From NCBI GenBank assembly GCA_963845535.1, contig CAWJSK010000012.1, forward strand, positions 224,001 through 288,000: a DNA stretch of 64,000 nucleotides. The letters run 5' to 3'. Shown here one piece after another: positions 1-8,633 of the stretch. Made by a program: the position numbers and the translations under genes. This stretch comes from an uncultured Spirochaetota bacterium. Its GTDB lineage: Bacteria; Spirochaetota; Spirochaetia; SZUA-6; Fen-1364. The notes beneath the pieces were generated by a model that was given only the letters and a program-made list of their open reading frames with translations, had not been told where the DNA came from and searched no databases. The first letter of the stretch is position 1, and each line of letters opens with the position of its first letter.

Positions 1-747
1 GAAATCATGGGCGGGATTACCATTGGCCTCCACGAGCTTGGATACGACCTCATGGTGGTTCATGTCAACCCGACTGACTCGGACTGGGCCGCGCAATACA
101 TGGATACCGGACGGGTGGACGGCTTCATCCTCATGACGGAAAGCGGCAAGCGAGGCCAGGTCGACCTGCTGGTCTCTCGTAAGGCGCCCTTCATTGCATG
201 GGGCGCAAGCTCGGGCGGGTACTGCACGGTGTGCGGTGACGACAGGCTGGGAGGAAGGCTGGCCACGGAGCGCCTCCTCTCGGACGGCAAGCGCCGCATT
301 GGCTTCCTCGGGGGGCCGCGCGCGGAAGGCGAGGTCCAAGGGCGGTTGCTTGGATACAAGGATGCGCTCCGCAGCGCGGGGAAAACCTTCGACCAGACCC
401 TGGTCGAGTATGGTGATTACAGCGAGCGCTCGGGAGAGCGCGCCATGGAGGCGCTCCTTGCCCGGGAGCCAAAAATCGATGGCGTATTCTCCAATAGCGA
501 CGTCATGGCGATAGCGGCAATGCGCGTTCTCAAGGCCCAGAGGCGCAGAATCCCGGATGACATTGCCGTGGTAGGCTATGATGATCTCTCCCTCGCCTCC
601 TACGTATCCCCCGCTTTGACAACCATCAGCCAGAAGATCCCTCTCGCCGGCGCGCTGCTGGCACGGGACCTCGTGGCATTCCTGGAGCACGGCACCGTTA
701 CACACACCGTCGTTCCCGTGGAGCTTATCGAACGTGATTCAGCATAG
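1..747 (+). CDS. LacI-family transcriptional regulator (5' part, including the HTH, lies outside the window)
   Basis: LacI ligand-binding domain motifs VDGFIL, RIGFLGG, DGVFSNSDVMA, IPDDIAVVGYDD, PALTTISQ, ELIERDSA; frame is open to the window edge. Confidence 0.93.
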   Translation, partial: EIMGGITIGLHELGYDLMVVHVNPTDSDWAAQYMDTGRVDGFILMTESGKRGQVDLLVSRKAPFIAWGASSGGYCTVCGDDRLGGRLATERLLSDGKRRIGFLGGPRAEGEVQGRLLGYKDALRSAGKTFDQTLVEYGDYSERSGERAMEALLAREPKIDGVFSNSDVMAIAAMRVLKAQRRRIPDDIAVVGYDDLSLASYVSPALTTISQKIPLAGALLARDLVAFLEHGTVTHTVVPVELIERDSA

Positions 748-766
748 GTTTTTTGACGCATCGAAA

Positions 767-780
767 TGCAACCGGTTGCA
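767..780. promoter_or_regulatory. Putative LacI-family operator, perfect palindrome TGCAACCGGTTGCA
   Basis: 14-bp perfect inverted repeat with central CG, typical of LacI sites; 20 bp after the LacI gene, between TTGACG (753-758) and RBS AAGGAGG. Confidence 0.7.
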
Positions 781-794
781 AAAGGAGGGTTCTT

Positions 795-1325
795 ATGAGT
801 TATGCTCGTGACGCGCTTGATCAGGCCGAACGGGAGAGGCAATGGGAGGAAGAATACCGGCATTTCGAGGCTGCACGGGAGCTCAGGCGGGCACGAATCA
901 AGGGCCTGGTGCGCATGATCAGCATGGCGTTCCGGCCGGCCCGGCGTTTCAGTGACGGTGCCCGGGGGTTCATCCCCATCGATCACATCGTTGGCATGAT
1001 CGATGAAGAAACAGGTCGGCGTTCCGCTCTTCGCCTGTCTGGACGGGGAATCGCCCGGCAGTGGGACAGGCTCTTCAATCAAGACAATCACGACGCGTGC
1101 CCGAGCCTGACGGTTCTGAAAACCGCACGGGGCTGGTACCTGACGGGTGGAGCAGCTTCCCTGGTCCGGCTGGAAGTGCTGCGGGCAAAGGGCCATCGCA
1201 CCATCTGGGTCACGCGGGCATGCCGGGGAACAGGTGCGCCATTTCGCGGTATCTTTGTCTCATCCGGAGGCTGCGGCCCGGCGTATGAGATTGAGCAGGA
1301 AGGGGGAGACTATGAAACGGCATAA
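795..1325 (+). CDS. Hypothetical protein, degenerate ParB-like/DUF4032-type N-terminal domain
   Basis: Strong RBS AAGGAGG before ATG795; IPIDHIVG...QWDRL...PSLTV...GWYL...LRAKG pattern recalls ParB-like domains, but the DGHHR motif is absent. Confidence 0.55.
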   Translation: MSYARDALDQAERERQWEEEYRHFEAARELRRARIKGLVRMISMAFRPARRFSDGARGFIPIDHIVGMIDEETGRRSALRLSGRGIARQWDRLFNQDNHDACPSLTVLKTARGWYLTGGAASLVRLEVLRAKGHRTIWVTRACRGTGAPFRGIFVSSGGCGPAYEIEQEGGDYETA

Positions 1326-1721
1326 GATTCAACTGCCGCTGGTCTTCGCGCTTGTTCTGGCTGCAAGCGCCGTGTCGCTTGCGGGCTGTGCATCAGCCCC
1401 TACCACCCGGGCGGACGTGACGCCCGGAGGCGCGGCGCTTGTCATGAAGGCAAGCAACTTCGCCTTTGATCCGAATATGGTTTCCGTCCATGGGACGGGG
1501 GTCGTCACGATGACCATATCGAACACAAGCGGCACGGGACACAACATCACCGTTGATGACCCCAAAGGGGAAAGTAATCACCAACGTGGAAATACCGCCG
1601 AACGCAACGGTGAATACCCAGATCAGCATTTTCAGCCCCTGGGGACTACTACTTCTTCTGCAACCATCCCTTCCACGCCAGTTTCGGCATGAAAGGCCAC
1701 TTCATTGTTTCAGGAAGCTGA
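1312..1721 (+). CDS. Cupredoxin (type-1 copper) lipoprotein, split by two single-base frameshifts (~1568, ~1635)
   Basis: Lipobox LAGC; NFAFDPN; GHN; after frame correction PGDYYFFCNHPFHASFGMKGHFIV (C-x4-H-x4-M copper loop), stop TGA 1719-1721. Confidence 0.82.
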
Positions 1722-1771
1722 GGGACGGGGTTTCCGGAAGGTGACGGGGCTCAGGAAGCTGACGGGACGGG
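1710..1771 (+). repeat. Three degenerate tandem copies of TC(A/C)GGAAG(C/G)TGA...GACGGG
   Basis: Copies start at 1710, 1733 and 1751; the first includes the cupredoxin stop codon. Confidence 0.65.
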
Positions 1772-1774
1772 CCC

Positions 1775-2530
1775 TCAGGTGAGTGCAGGGTAGGCGTCCG
1801 CCATGATGGCGACGCTTGCAGTCGAGCCAATCCGGTCGGCGCCCGCGGCTATCAGGGCAAGGGCAGCGCGGGCGCTGCGGATGCCGCCATTGGCCTTGAG
1901 CCCAACCTCAGGCCCCGCCACCTTGCGCATCAGCGCCAGGTCTTCGGCGGTCGCAACACCGCCGAGAAAGCCCGTCGAAGCCGTTAGGAAGCCCGCCCCC
2001 GCCTTGCGCGAAAGCTCGCACGCGAGAACCTTCTCCTCCTGCGTGAGAAGGACCATCTCGATGATGACGTTGAGAACCGTGGTCCGCCGCGTGGCCCGGC
2101 GAACGGCTCTGATGTCCTCTTCAACAGCCCGGTAGTCCCTCGATCTGAGAAGGCCGCTGTTGATCACCACGTGTATCTCGGATGCGCCGTCAGAGACGGC
2201 CTCGCGCGCCTCGAATGCCTTGGCCCTGCTCGTCATTGCCCCGAGCGGGAAGCCGACAACAGCGCAGACCTTCACGTCGGTTCCCTGGAGCTTGCGCGCG
2301 GCGTGCGCCACGCGGCTTGCATTGACGCACACGCCCGCGAAGCCGAACTGCACCGCCTCCTGGCACAGCCGCTCTATCGAGGCTGTGGATGCCTCCGGCC
2401 GAAGCTGCGTGTGATCGATGAACCTCGCCAGTTCCGCCGGCTCGATGCGGGGCGCCGCGGAAGCGCGGGCGGTCCTCAGCCGGGCCGCCACATCGGCGAC
2501 AATCTTGTCGATGAGCGCGTTGCGATCCAT
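1775..2530 (-). CDS. deoC: Deoxyribose-phosphate aldolase (DeoC) homologue with substituted catalytic residues and an N-terminal amphipathic extension
   Basis: IDHT, VCV, VVGFPLG, KAFEA, STGF, GLKANGGIR, AGADRIG; but EIHVVIN, LNVIIE and GFLTASTG replace canonical EIDMVIN, LKVIIE and FVKTSTG. Confidence 0.85.
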   Translation of the reverse strand: MDRNALIDKIVADVAARLRTARASAAPRIEPAELARFIDHTQLRPEASTASIERLCQEAVQFGFAGVCVNASRVAHAARKLQGTDVKVCAVVGFPLGAMTSRAKAFEAREAVSDGASEIHVVINSGLLRSRDYRAVEEDIRAVRRATRRTTVLNVIIEMVLLTQEEKVLACELSRKAGAGFLTASTGFLGGVATAEDLALMRKVAGPEVGLKANGGIRSARAALALIAAGADRIGSTASVAIMADAYPALT

Positions 2531-2536
2531 GAGCTC

Positions 2537-4225
2537 TTAGCCGGTGATTGCGCCCTTGCTCGCGGAGGAAACCAGTCGGGCGTACTTTGCCAGCGCGCCC
2601 GTTGTATAAGCGATTTTCCTGGGCTTCCATCCCGTGCGGCGTTTTTCGATTTCTTCCTTTGAAAGGTCCACCGAAAGGATCCCTTTCTTGGCGTCGATAG
2701 TGATCCGGTCACCGTCACGGAGGAGCGCAATCACGCCGCCGTCAACGGCCTCAGGGCAGACGTGGCCGACGAGCATGCCGTGGCTGCCGCCGGAAAACCG
2801 CCCGTCCGTGATGAGAGCCACGTCCGAAAGCATCCCGGCTCCGGCAAGCGCGGAGGTTGGGGCGAGCATCTCCCGCATCCCCGGCCCGCCGCGCGGCCCT
2901 TCGTTTCGGATCACCAGGGTGTCACCCTTGCGGATGGTCTTTTTCAGGATGGCCTCCAGCGCGTCTTCTTCACTCTCGAACACGCGCGCTGGCCCCGTGT
3001 GGCTGAACTCTCCGATCCCCGCCGTCTTCAACACAGCCCCGTCTTCCGCGAGGTTCCCCTTGAGGATGCTGATGGGACCGTGAGGGTCGACTGGATTGGA
3101 GAACGGATGAATGACGTCCTGGCCCGCCAGGTCCGTGGGAACCTCCGCGAGGTTCTCCTTGACCGTCTTTCCGCTCACGGTGAGACAGCCGCCGTGCAGG
3201 AGGCCCTCGTCCAGGAGCAGTCGCATGACTTTCTGCACGCCGCCTGAGCGGTACAGGTCATTCATGACGTAGCGGCCGCCTGGCTTCATGTCGCACAGCG
3301 TGGGCGTGGTCTGGTAGAACTTGTTGAAATCGAAAATGTCGAGCTTCACCTGGGCCTCCGCCGCAAGGGCAAGGAGGTGAAGGACGGCGTTCGTCGAGCC
3401 GCCCACGGCCATGACGACCCGGATGGCGTTCTCAAAGGCTTCCCGGGTCATGATGTCCCGGGGGGTGACGCCGCGGCGCACCAGATCCATGAGCGAAGCT
3501 CCCGCGCGCTTCATGTCGTCTTTCTTTGCGGGCTCCACGGCGGGGATGGAGCAGCTTCCGGGGAGGCTCATCCCGATTGCTTCCATGGCGGAGGCCATGG
3601 TGTTGGCCGTGTACATGCCGCCGCACGCTCCTGGCCCGGGACATGCCGTGCACTCAATGCCGTGCCGCTCCTCCTCGGTGATCTTCCCGGCTGAGAACCG
3701 GCCCACCGCCTCGAAAGCGCTCACGATGTCCACAGGCGTTCCCTGGTAGCTCCCCGCTTTGATGGTGCCGCCGTACACGAACAGGGAGGGAAGGTTGAGC
3801 CGCGCCATGGCCATCACCGTGCCGGGGATGGTCTTGTCACACCCGCCGATCCCGAGGATGGCGTCCATCTGGTGGCCCCTGACCACGAGCTCAATGGCGT
3901 CCGCTATGGTGTCCCGGCTGACCAGGGAGCACTTCATGCCTTCGTGCCCCATGGCCTCGCCGTCAGTCACCACGAACGTGTTGAACTTCATGGGCGCGCC
4001 GCCTGCTTCCTTCAGGGCCGCCTTGGAAATGGCGGCAAGGTCATCCAGGTGGACGTTACACGGGGTCACCTCGCTTCCCGCGGAAGCAATCCCGATGATG
4101 GGCTTGTCGAAGTCTGCGTCGGTGAAACCTACGGCGCGCAGCATTGCGCGGTTGGGCATCCGTGAGACGCCCTCCGTCATTGTGCGGCTGTGTGTGTTGA
4201 GGCGCTGGTTCGTCTTTTCAGCCAC
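2537..4225 (-). CDS. ilvD: Dihydroxy-acid dehydratase
   Basis: PCNVHL, CDKTIPG, CPGPGACGGMYTANTM, GGSTN, GPRGGPGMREM, TDGRFSG; GTG start at 4225 with GGAGG RBS. Confidence 0.97.
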   Translation of the reverse strand: MAEKTNQRLNTHSRTMTEGVSRMPNRAMLRAVGFTDADFDKPIIGIASAGSEVTPCNVHLDDLAAISKAALKEAGGAPMKFNTFVVTDGEAMGHEGMKCSLVSRDTIADAIELVVRGHQMDAILGIGGCDKTIPGTVMAMARLNLPSLFVYGGTIKAGSYQGTPVDIVSAFEAVGRFSAGKITEEERHGIECTACPGPGACGGMYTANTMASAMEAIGMSLPGSCSIPAVEPAKKDDMKRAGASLMDLVRRGVTPRDIMTREAFENAIRVVMAVGGSTNAVLHLLALAAEAQVKLDIFDFNKFYQTTPTLCDMKPGGRYVMNDLYRSGGVQKVMRLLLDEGLLHGGCLTVSGKTVKENLAEVPTDLAGQDVIHPFSNPVDPHGPISILKGNLAEDGAVLKTAGIGEFSHTGPARVFESEEDALEAILKKTIRKGDTLVIRNEGPRGGPGMREMLAPTSALAGAGMLSDVALITDGRFSGGSHGMLVGHVCPEAVDGGVIALLRDGDRITIDAKKGILSVDLSKEEIEKRRTGWKPRKIAYTTGALAKYARLVSSASKGAITG

Positions 4226-4856
4226 GGCTGCCTCCGTGCGCCGCGGCAAACCCGTGGACGTACGGTATGCGGGCCGCGGTTGCCCGGATGGCGTCCTTGT
4301 TGGAGAGGAGCATGGCGGTTGTGTCCCAGGTACCGGACGCCAGGCTCTTCCTGTCAGCATCCGGCATGGTGAAGGAAAACTGATCACGGCCCGCGGTCAC
4401 GGTAAGGGACTCCAGGTCCACGCTGATCTCAAGGGAAGGGTCTTTCTCCACAAGGGCCTGGATCCGCACGGCGTCTTCATGAGAAACACGCGCCGCGGGA
4501 AGACCCAAAGCGGTGCAGTTCCCGGAGAATATCTCCGCAAACGACTCTCCCACGAACGCCTGGATTCCCATTCGCATGAGCGACTGGGGAGCGTGCTCCC
4601 GCGATGATCCGCAACCGAAGTTCCGGTTGACCAGCATGATGGTCCCACCGGTGAAGCGAGGGTCGTTCAGCGGATGGCTTTTGGGCTTTCCTGCGTCATC
4701 GAAGCGCTCGTCATAGAACGCATACTGGCCCAGCTCTTCGAAGGTGATCATGCGCAGGTAGCGCGCGGGGATGATCCGGTCCGTGTCGATGTCATCCCCC
4801 GGCACGACGATGCCCCTGCCCTTGATGAGCTTCCTCACGCTTCCAGCATCCGCCAT
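4218..4856 (-). CDS. leuD: 3-isopropylmalate dehydratase small subunit
   Basis: DIDTDRIIPARYL, NFGCGSSREHAP, SFAEIF; TGATG coupling with leuC. Confidence 0.97.
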   Translation of the reverse strand: MADAGSVRKLIKGRGIVVPGDDIDTDRIIPARYLRMITFEELGQYAFYDERFDDAGKPKSHPLNDPRFTGGTIMLVNRNFGCGSSREHAPQSLMRMGIQAFVGESFAEIFSGNCTALGLPAARVSHEDAVRIQALVEKDPSLEISVDLESLTVTAGRDQFSFTMPDADRKSLASGTWDTTAMLLSNKDAIRATAARIPYVHGFAAAHGGSRG

Positions 4857-6280
4857 CACGACCTCCCGTTGCCGCTGCCCCCGGGCAGCACGCGCCGCGC
4901 ATCCACCACTTCACCGGCAACCGCCGCGGCTGCCGCCATGGCCGGGCTCATGAGGAGCGTTCTCCCGTGCGGGGACCCCTGGCGGCCAATGAAGTTCCTG
5001 TTGGACGAGCTTGCGCAGACCTGGCGGCCGCTCAGCTTGTCGGGGTTCATGGCAAGGCACATGGAGCAACCGGCGTCCCGCCACTCGAAGCCGGCCTCCC
5101 GGAAGATCTCCGGCAGGCCTTCCGCCACCGCTTGTCGAAGCACGGCTTTGGAGCCGGGGACCACAAGTGCTTTCACCCGTGAAGACACCTTCCTGCCCTT
5201 GATCACCCGCGCAGCCTCGCGCAGGTCAGAGATCCTTCCGTTCGTGCAGGACCCGATGAACGCCACGTCCACGGGAAGCCCCTCGACGGGCTCCCCTTCC
5301 TTGAATCCGGTATGGTTGTAAGCCTTTTTGAGCGCGTCCTGGTCCGAAGCTCGGGCGTCCGACACGCGCGGGAGCTTCCGGGAGACGCCGACCGCCTGTC
5401 CCGGATTGATGCCCCAGGAAACCATGGGCTCGACGGAGCCGCCGTCAAGCGTGTGGGTGTCCGCGTAGTCCGCGTCTGCATCCGACGCCATGCTCTTCCA
5501 GAACTGGACGGCTTTGTCGAAGTCCCCGTCCTTGGGCACGAACCGCCTGCCCTTCAAGTATTCGATGGTTACGGAGTCAGGGTTGATGTACCCTGCGCGC
5601 GCCCCTCCCTCGATGCTCATGTTGCACATGGTGAGGCGCGACTCCATGGTGAGCGCGCTCACGGCCGGCCCGCCGTACTCATACGCAAAGCCGATCCCGC
5701 CGTTCACCCCGAGGTCCGCGATGATCCGGATGATGAGGTCCTTGGCGGTCACTCCGGCCGGGAGCGTCCCTTTCACCTCGATCCTCCTGACCTTGGGCCG
5801 TGTGAGGGCAAGGGTCTGCGTGGCCAGGATGTCGCGGATCTGCGAGGTCCCCACCCCGAAAGCAATGGAGCCCAACGCGCCGTGTGTTGAGGTGTGCGAG
5901 TCCCCGCAGGCGATGGTCATGCCCGGCTGCGTGAGGCCAAGCTCGGGTCCAATGATGTGCACAATGCCCTGGTCATCCGTGTTCCCGAAGAACGTGATCC
6001 CGTGCGCCTCGGCGTTTCGTTCGATGGCGCGCATCATCTGCTCCGCCAGCTCGTCGGCGAACGGCCTCCGCTGGCCGTCAGTGGGCACGATGTGATCCAC
6101 CGTGGCGAAGGTCCGCTCGGGGAACAGCACCTTCAGGCCCCTGTCCGTAAGCGCCTGGAACGCCTGGGGTGACGTCACCTCGTGAACGAGGTGGAGGCCA
6201 ATGAACAACTGGTCCTGCCCAGATGGCAGGGTTCCGACCTTGTGCAGGTCCCACACCTTGTCGAGCAGCGTTCTTCCCAT
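4856..6280 (-). CDS. leuC: 3-isopropylmalate dehydratase large subunit
   Basis: [49 protein letters not shown]. Confidence 0.98.
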   Translation of the reverse strand: MGRTLLDKVWDLHKVGTLPSGQDQLFIGLHLVHEVTSPQAFQALTDRGLKVLFPERTFATVDHIVPTDGQRRPFADELAEQMMRAIERNAEAHGITFFGNTDDQGIVHIIGPELGLTQPGMTIACGDSHTSTHGALGSIAFGVGTSQIRDILATQTLALTRPKVRRIEVKGTLPAGVTAKDLIIRIIADLGVNGGIGFAYEYGGPAVSALTMESRLTMCNMSIEGGARAGYINPDSVTIEYLKGRRFVPKDGDFDKAVQFWKSMASDADADYADTHTLDGGSVEPMVSWGINPGQAVGVSRKLPRVSDARASDQDALKKAYNHTGFKEGEPVEGLPVDVAFIGSCTNGRISDLREAARVIKGRKVSSRVKALVVPGSKAVLRQAVAEGLPEIFREAGFEWRDAGCSMCLAMNPDKLSGRQVCASSSNRNFIGRQGSPHGRTLLMSPAMAAAAAVAGEVVDARRVLPGGSGNGRS

Positions 6281-6286
6281 GATCCC

Positions 6287-6793
6287 TTAGGTGACCTCCT
6301 CACCACGAGCCATCAATACCTTGCCGGTCCGAACCATTTCTATCACTCCATATCCGCCCAGCATCCGGTGCAGGGCATCCAGCTTCTCCGTGTTCCCCGT
6401 GATCTGCGCGGTGAGCGCGTTCTCCGAAAGGTCCAGCACGTGGCCCTTGAACGTGTGCACCACGTCAAGCACCTCGGTCCGCTTTTCCGGAGGACAGCGC
6501 ACCTTCACCAGCGCGAGCTCCCTCTGGATGACGTCCTTGCCCGTGTTATCGACGGCATGAACCACGTCCACGAGCTTGGCGAGCTGCATCAGGATGTGCC
6601 CGATGGTCCTCTCGTCTCCTGTGGCCACGATGTTCATGTGCGAGAACGCCGGGTCATGCGCCTCCGAGACGACCATGCTGTCGATGTTGAACCCCCGCCG
6701 GGCGAACACCAGCGCAATGCGGTTCAGCACCCCGAACTTGTTCGCCACGTAGAGGCTCACCAGGTGCTTCCGAACGGTCCCCGTGGCGGCCAT
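6287..6793 (-). CDS. ilvN: Acetolactate synthase small (regulatory) subunit
   Basis: NKFGVLNRIALVFARRGFNIDS ACT domain; RELALVKV; EMVRTG. Confidence 0.96.
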   Translation of the reverse strand: MAATGTVRKHLVSLYVANKFGVLNRIALVFARRGFNIDSMVVSEAHDPAFSHMNIVATGDERTIGHILMQLAKLVDVVHAVDNTGKDVIQRELALVKVRCPPEKRTEVLDVVHTFKGHVLDLSENALTAQITGNTEKLDALHRMLGGYGVIEMVRTGKVLMARGEEVT

Positions 6794-8505
6794 CAGGAGC
6801 GCTCCTTTTCGTTTCCGGGCCCCAGGATCATGTCCTTCATGGAGGCGCCGGCGGGGATCATGGGAAACACGTTATCCTCTTTTGCCACCTCAGCGTCAAT
6901 GACCACAGGCCCGTCCGTGTGCGCCAGAGCTTTCTCCAGCACCGAGGTCACCTCCCCGTTCCTGCGGATGCGGAAGGCCTTGCACCCGTAGCTTTCCGCA
7001 AGCTTCACGAAGTCCGGGTTCCCCACCAGGTCCACGCCGGAAAGGCGGTTCTCCCAGAACAGGTTCTGCCACTGGCGCACCATCCCGAGGTAGCGGTTGT
7101 TGATGATGAGCACCTTGATGGGCAGCTTCAAGTTGACCGCGGTGGAAAGCTCGTACATCGTCATCTGGAAGCCGCCGTCACCGACAACCGCGCACACCAG
7201 GTCATTCGGCCGCGCGAGCTGCGCCCCAATGGCGGCCGGAAAGCCGAAGCCCATGGTGCCGGCGCCACCGGAGGATATCCACTTGAATCTCTCCTCCGTA
7301 AGGTAGAATTGCGCGGCCCACATCTGGTGCTGGCCCACGTCCGTGGTGACGATGGCTTTCCCCCCGGTGAGGCGGTACAGCTCGTCAATCACGTACTGCG
7401 CTTCGAACGTCCCTTTCTTGTGGTAGTGAAGCGGGTACGCCTTCCGCCACCCGGCAATGCGCTCCCGCCATTCCGTGGTGTCCCCGGGGACAAGCTGCTT
7501 GTTGAGCTGGGCAAGGACGGCGCGCGCGTCTCCCACGATTGCGCAGTCCATCTGATACAGCTTGTTGATCTCCGCGGGGTCGATGTCGATATGGATCTTC
7601 AGCGCGTCGGGACAGAACGTGTCCGGGGTGCCCGTGATCCGGTCATCCCACCGGGAGCCCACCGACATGATCAGGTCACAGTCCACGACAGCCTTGTTGG
7701 CATACGCTGTCCCGTGCATCCCGAGCATTCCGACGCTCAGCGGATGGGTCTCGGGAAAGGCGCCCTTTCCCAGGAGCGTGTTGGTGACCGGTATCTGCAT
7801 GGTCTCCGCAAGCGTGCGAAGCTCCGCGCCTGCTCCCGATATCACGGCGCCGTGGCCCGCGAGAAGGATGGGGCGTTTGGCCTGGTGGAGGAGCTTCGCC
7901 ACGCAGGCCACCTGCTCCGGGTCGCCTTCCTCAGGCACATGGTAGCCGGGGAGATGGAACTCCTCATCCGTGCGCAGCTCGATGGTCATATTGGAGCAGT
8001 TTCGGGGGATGTCGACGAGCACCGGACCCGGCCGGCCGCTGTTGGCCAGGTAGAAGGCTTCCCGGAGCACGCGCGGGATATCCGCGGCATCCTTGATGAG
8101 ATACGAGTGCTTGACCACAGGCAGGGAAATGCCTGTGACGTCGGCCTCCTGAAACGCGTCCATCCCGAGGTCCTTCACGCTGGCCTGGCCCGTGAGCACG
8201 ACCATGGGAACGGAATCCATCTTCGCGGTCAGGATTCCCGTAATGGTGTTGGTGGCGCCGGGTCCGGAGGTGACCAGGACCACCCCGGGCTGCCCCGAGG
8301 CGCGAGCAAAACCGTCAGCCATGTGCGTTGCGCCCTGTTCATGTCGGGTCAGCACCAATTGAATGGAAGAATCCACAAGGGCATCGAACAACGGAATGGC
8401 CGCGCCGCCGGGGAGACCGAACACATACTTCACCCCCTGCTGCTGCAGTATGTGCACCACCGCCTGGGCGCCCGTGAAGGAGCGCTTTGCCTTTGCATCT
8501 CCCAT
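6793..8505 (-). CDS. ilvB: Acetolactate synthase large subunit
   Basis: [46 protein letters not shown]...[12 protein letters not shown]. Confidence 0.97.
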   Translation of the reverse strand: MGDAKAKRSFTGAQAVVHILQQQGVKYVFGLPGGAAIPLFDALVDSSIQLVLTRHEQGATHMADGFARASGQPGVVLVTSGPGATNTITGILTAKMDSVPMVVLTGQASVKDLGMDAFQEADVTGISLPVVKHSYLIKDAADIPRVLREAFYLANSGRPGPVLVDIPRNCSNMTIELRTDEEFHLPGYHVPEEGDPEQVACVAKLLHQAKRPILLAGHGAVISGAGAELRTLAETMQIPVTNTLLGKGAFPETHPLSVGMLGMHGTAYANKAVVDCDLIMSVGSRWDDRITGTPDTFCPDALKIHIDIDPAEINKLYQMDCAIVGDARAVLAQLNKQLVPGDTTEWRERIAGWRKAYPLHYHKKGTFEAQYVIDELYRLTGGKAIVTTDVGQHQMWAAQFYLTEERFKWISSGGAGTMGFGFPAAIGAQLARPNDLVCAVVGDGGFQMTMYELSTAVNLKLPIKVLIINNRYLGMVRQWQNLFWENRLSGVDLVGNPDFVKLAESYGCKAFRIRRNGEVTSVLEKALAHTDGPVVIDAEVAKEDNVFPMIPAGASMKDMILGPGNEKERS

Positions 8506-8633
8506 GTGTCCCCTCTCTGAACCCTAGGAGCTTAAAGTACTGAGCCGAAAGAGCCAAAAACAAGCACATTCGCGCGCCCGCCTGCCTGAAATCCTTGACT
8601 CCTCCCGGGCAAAACGATATCACGATGGGACTT

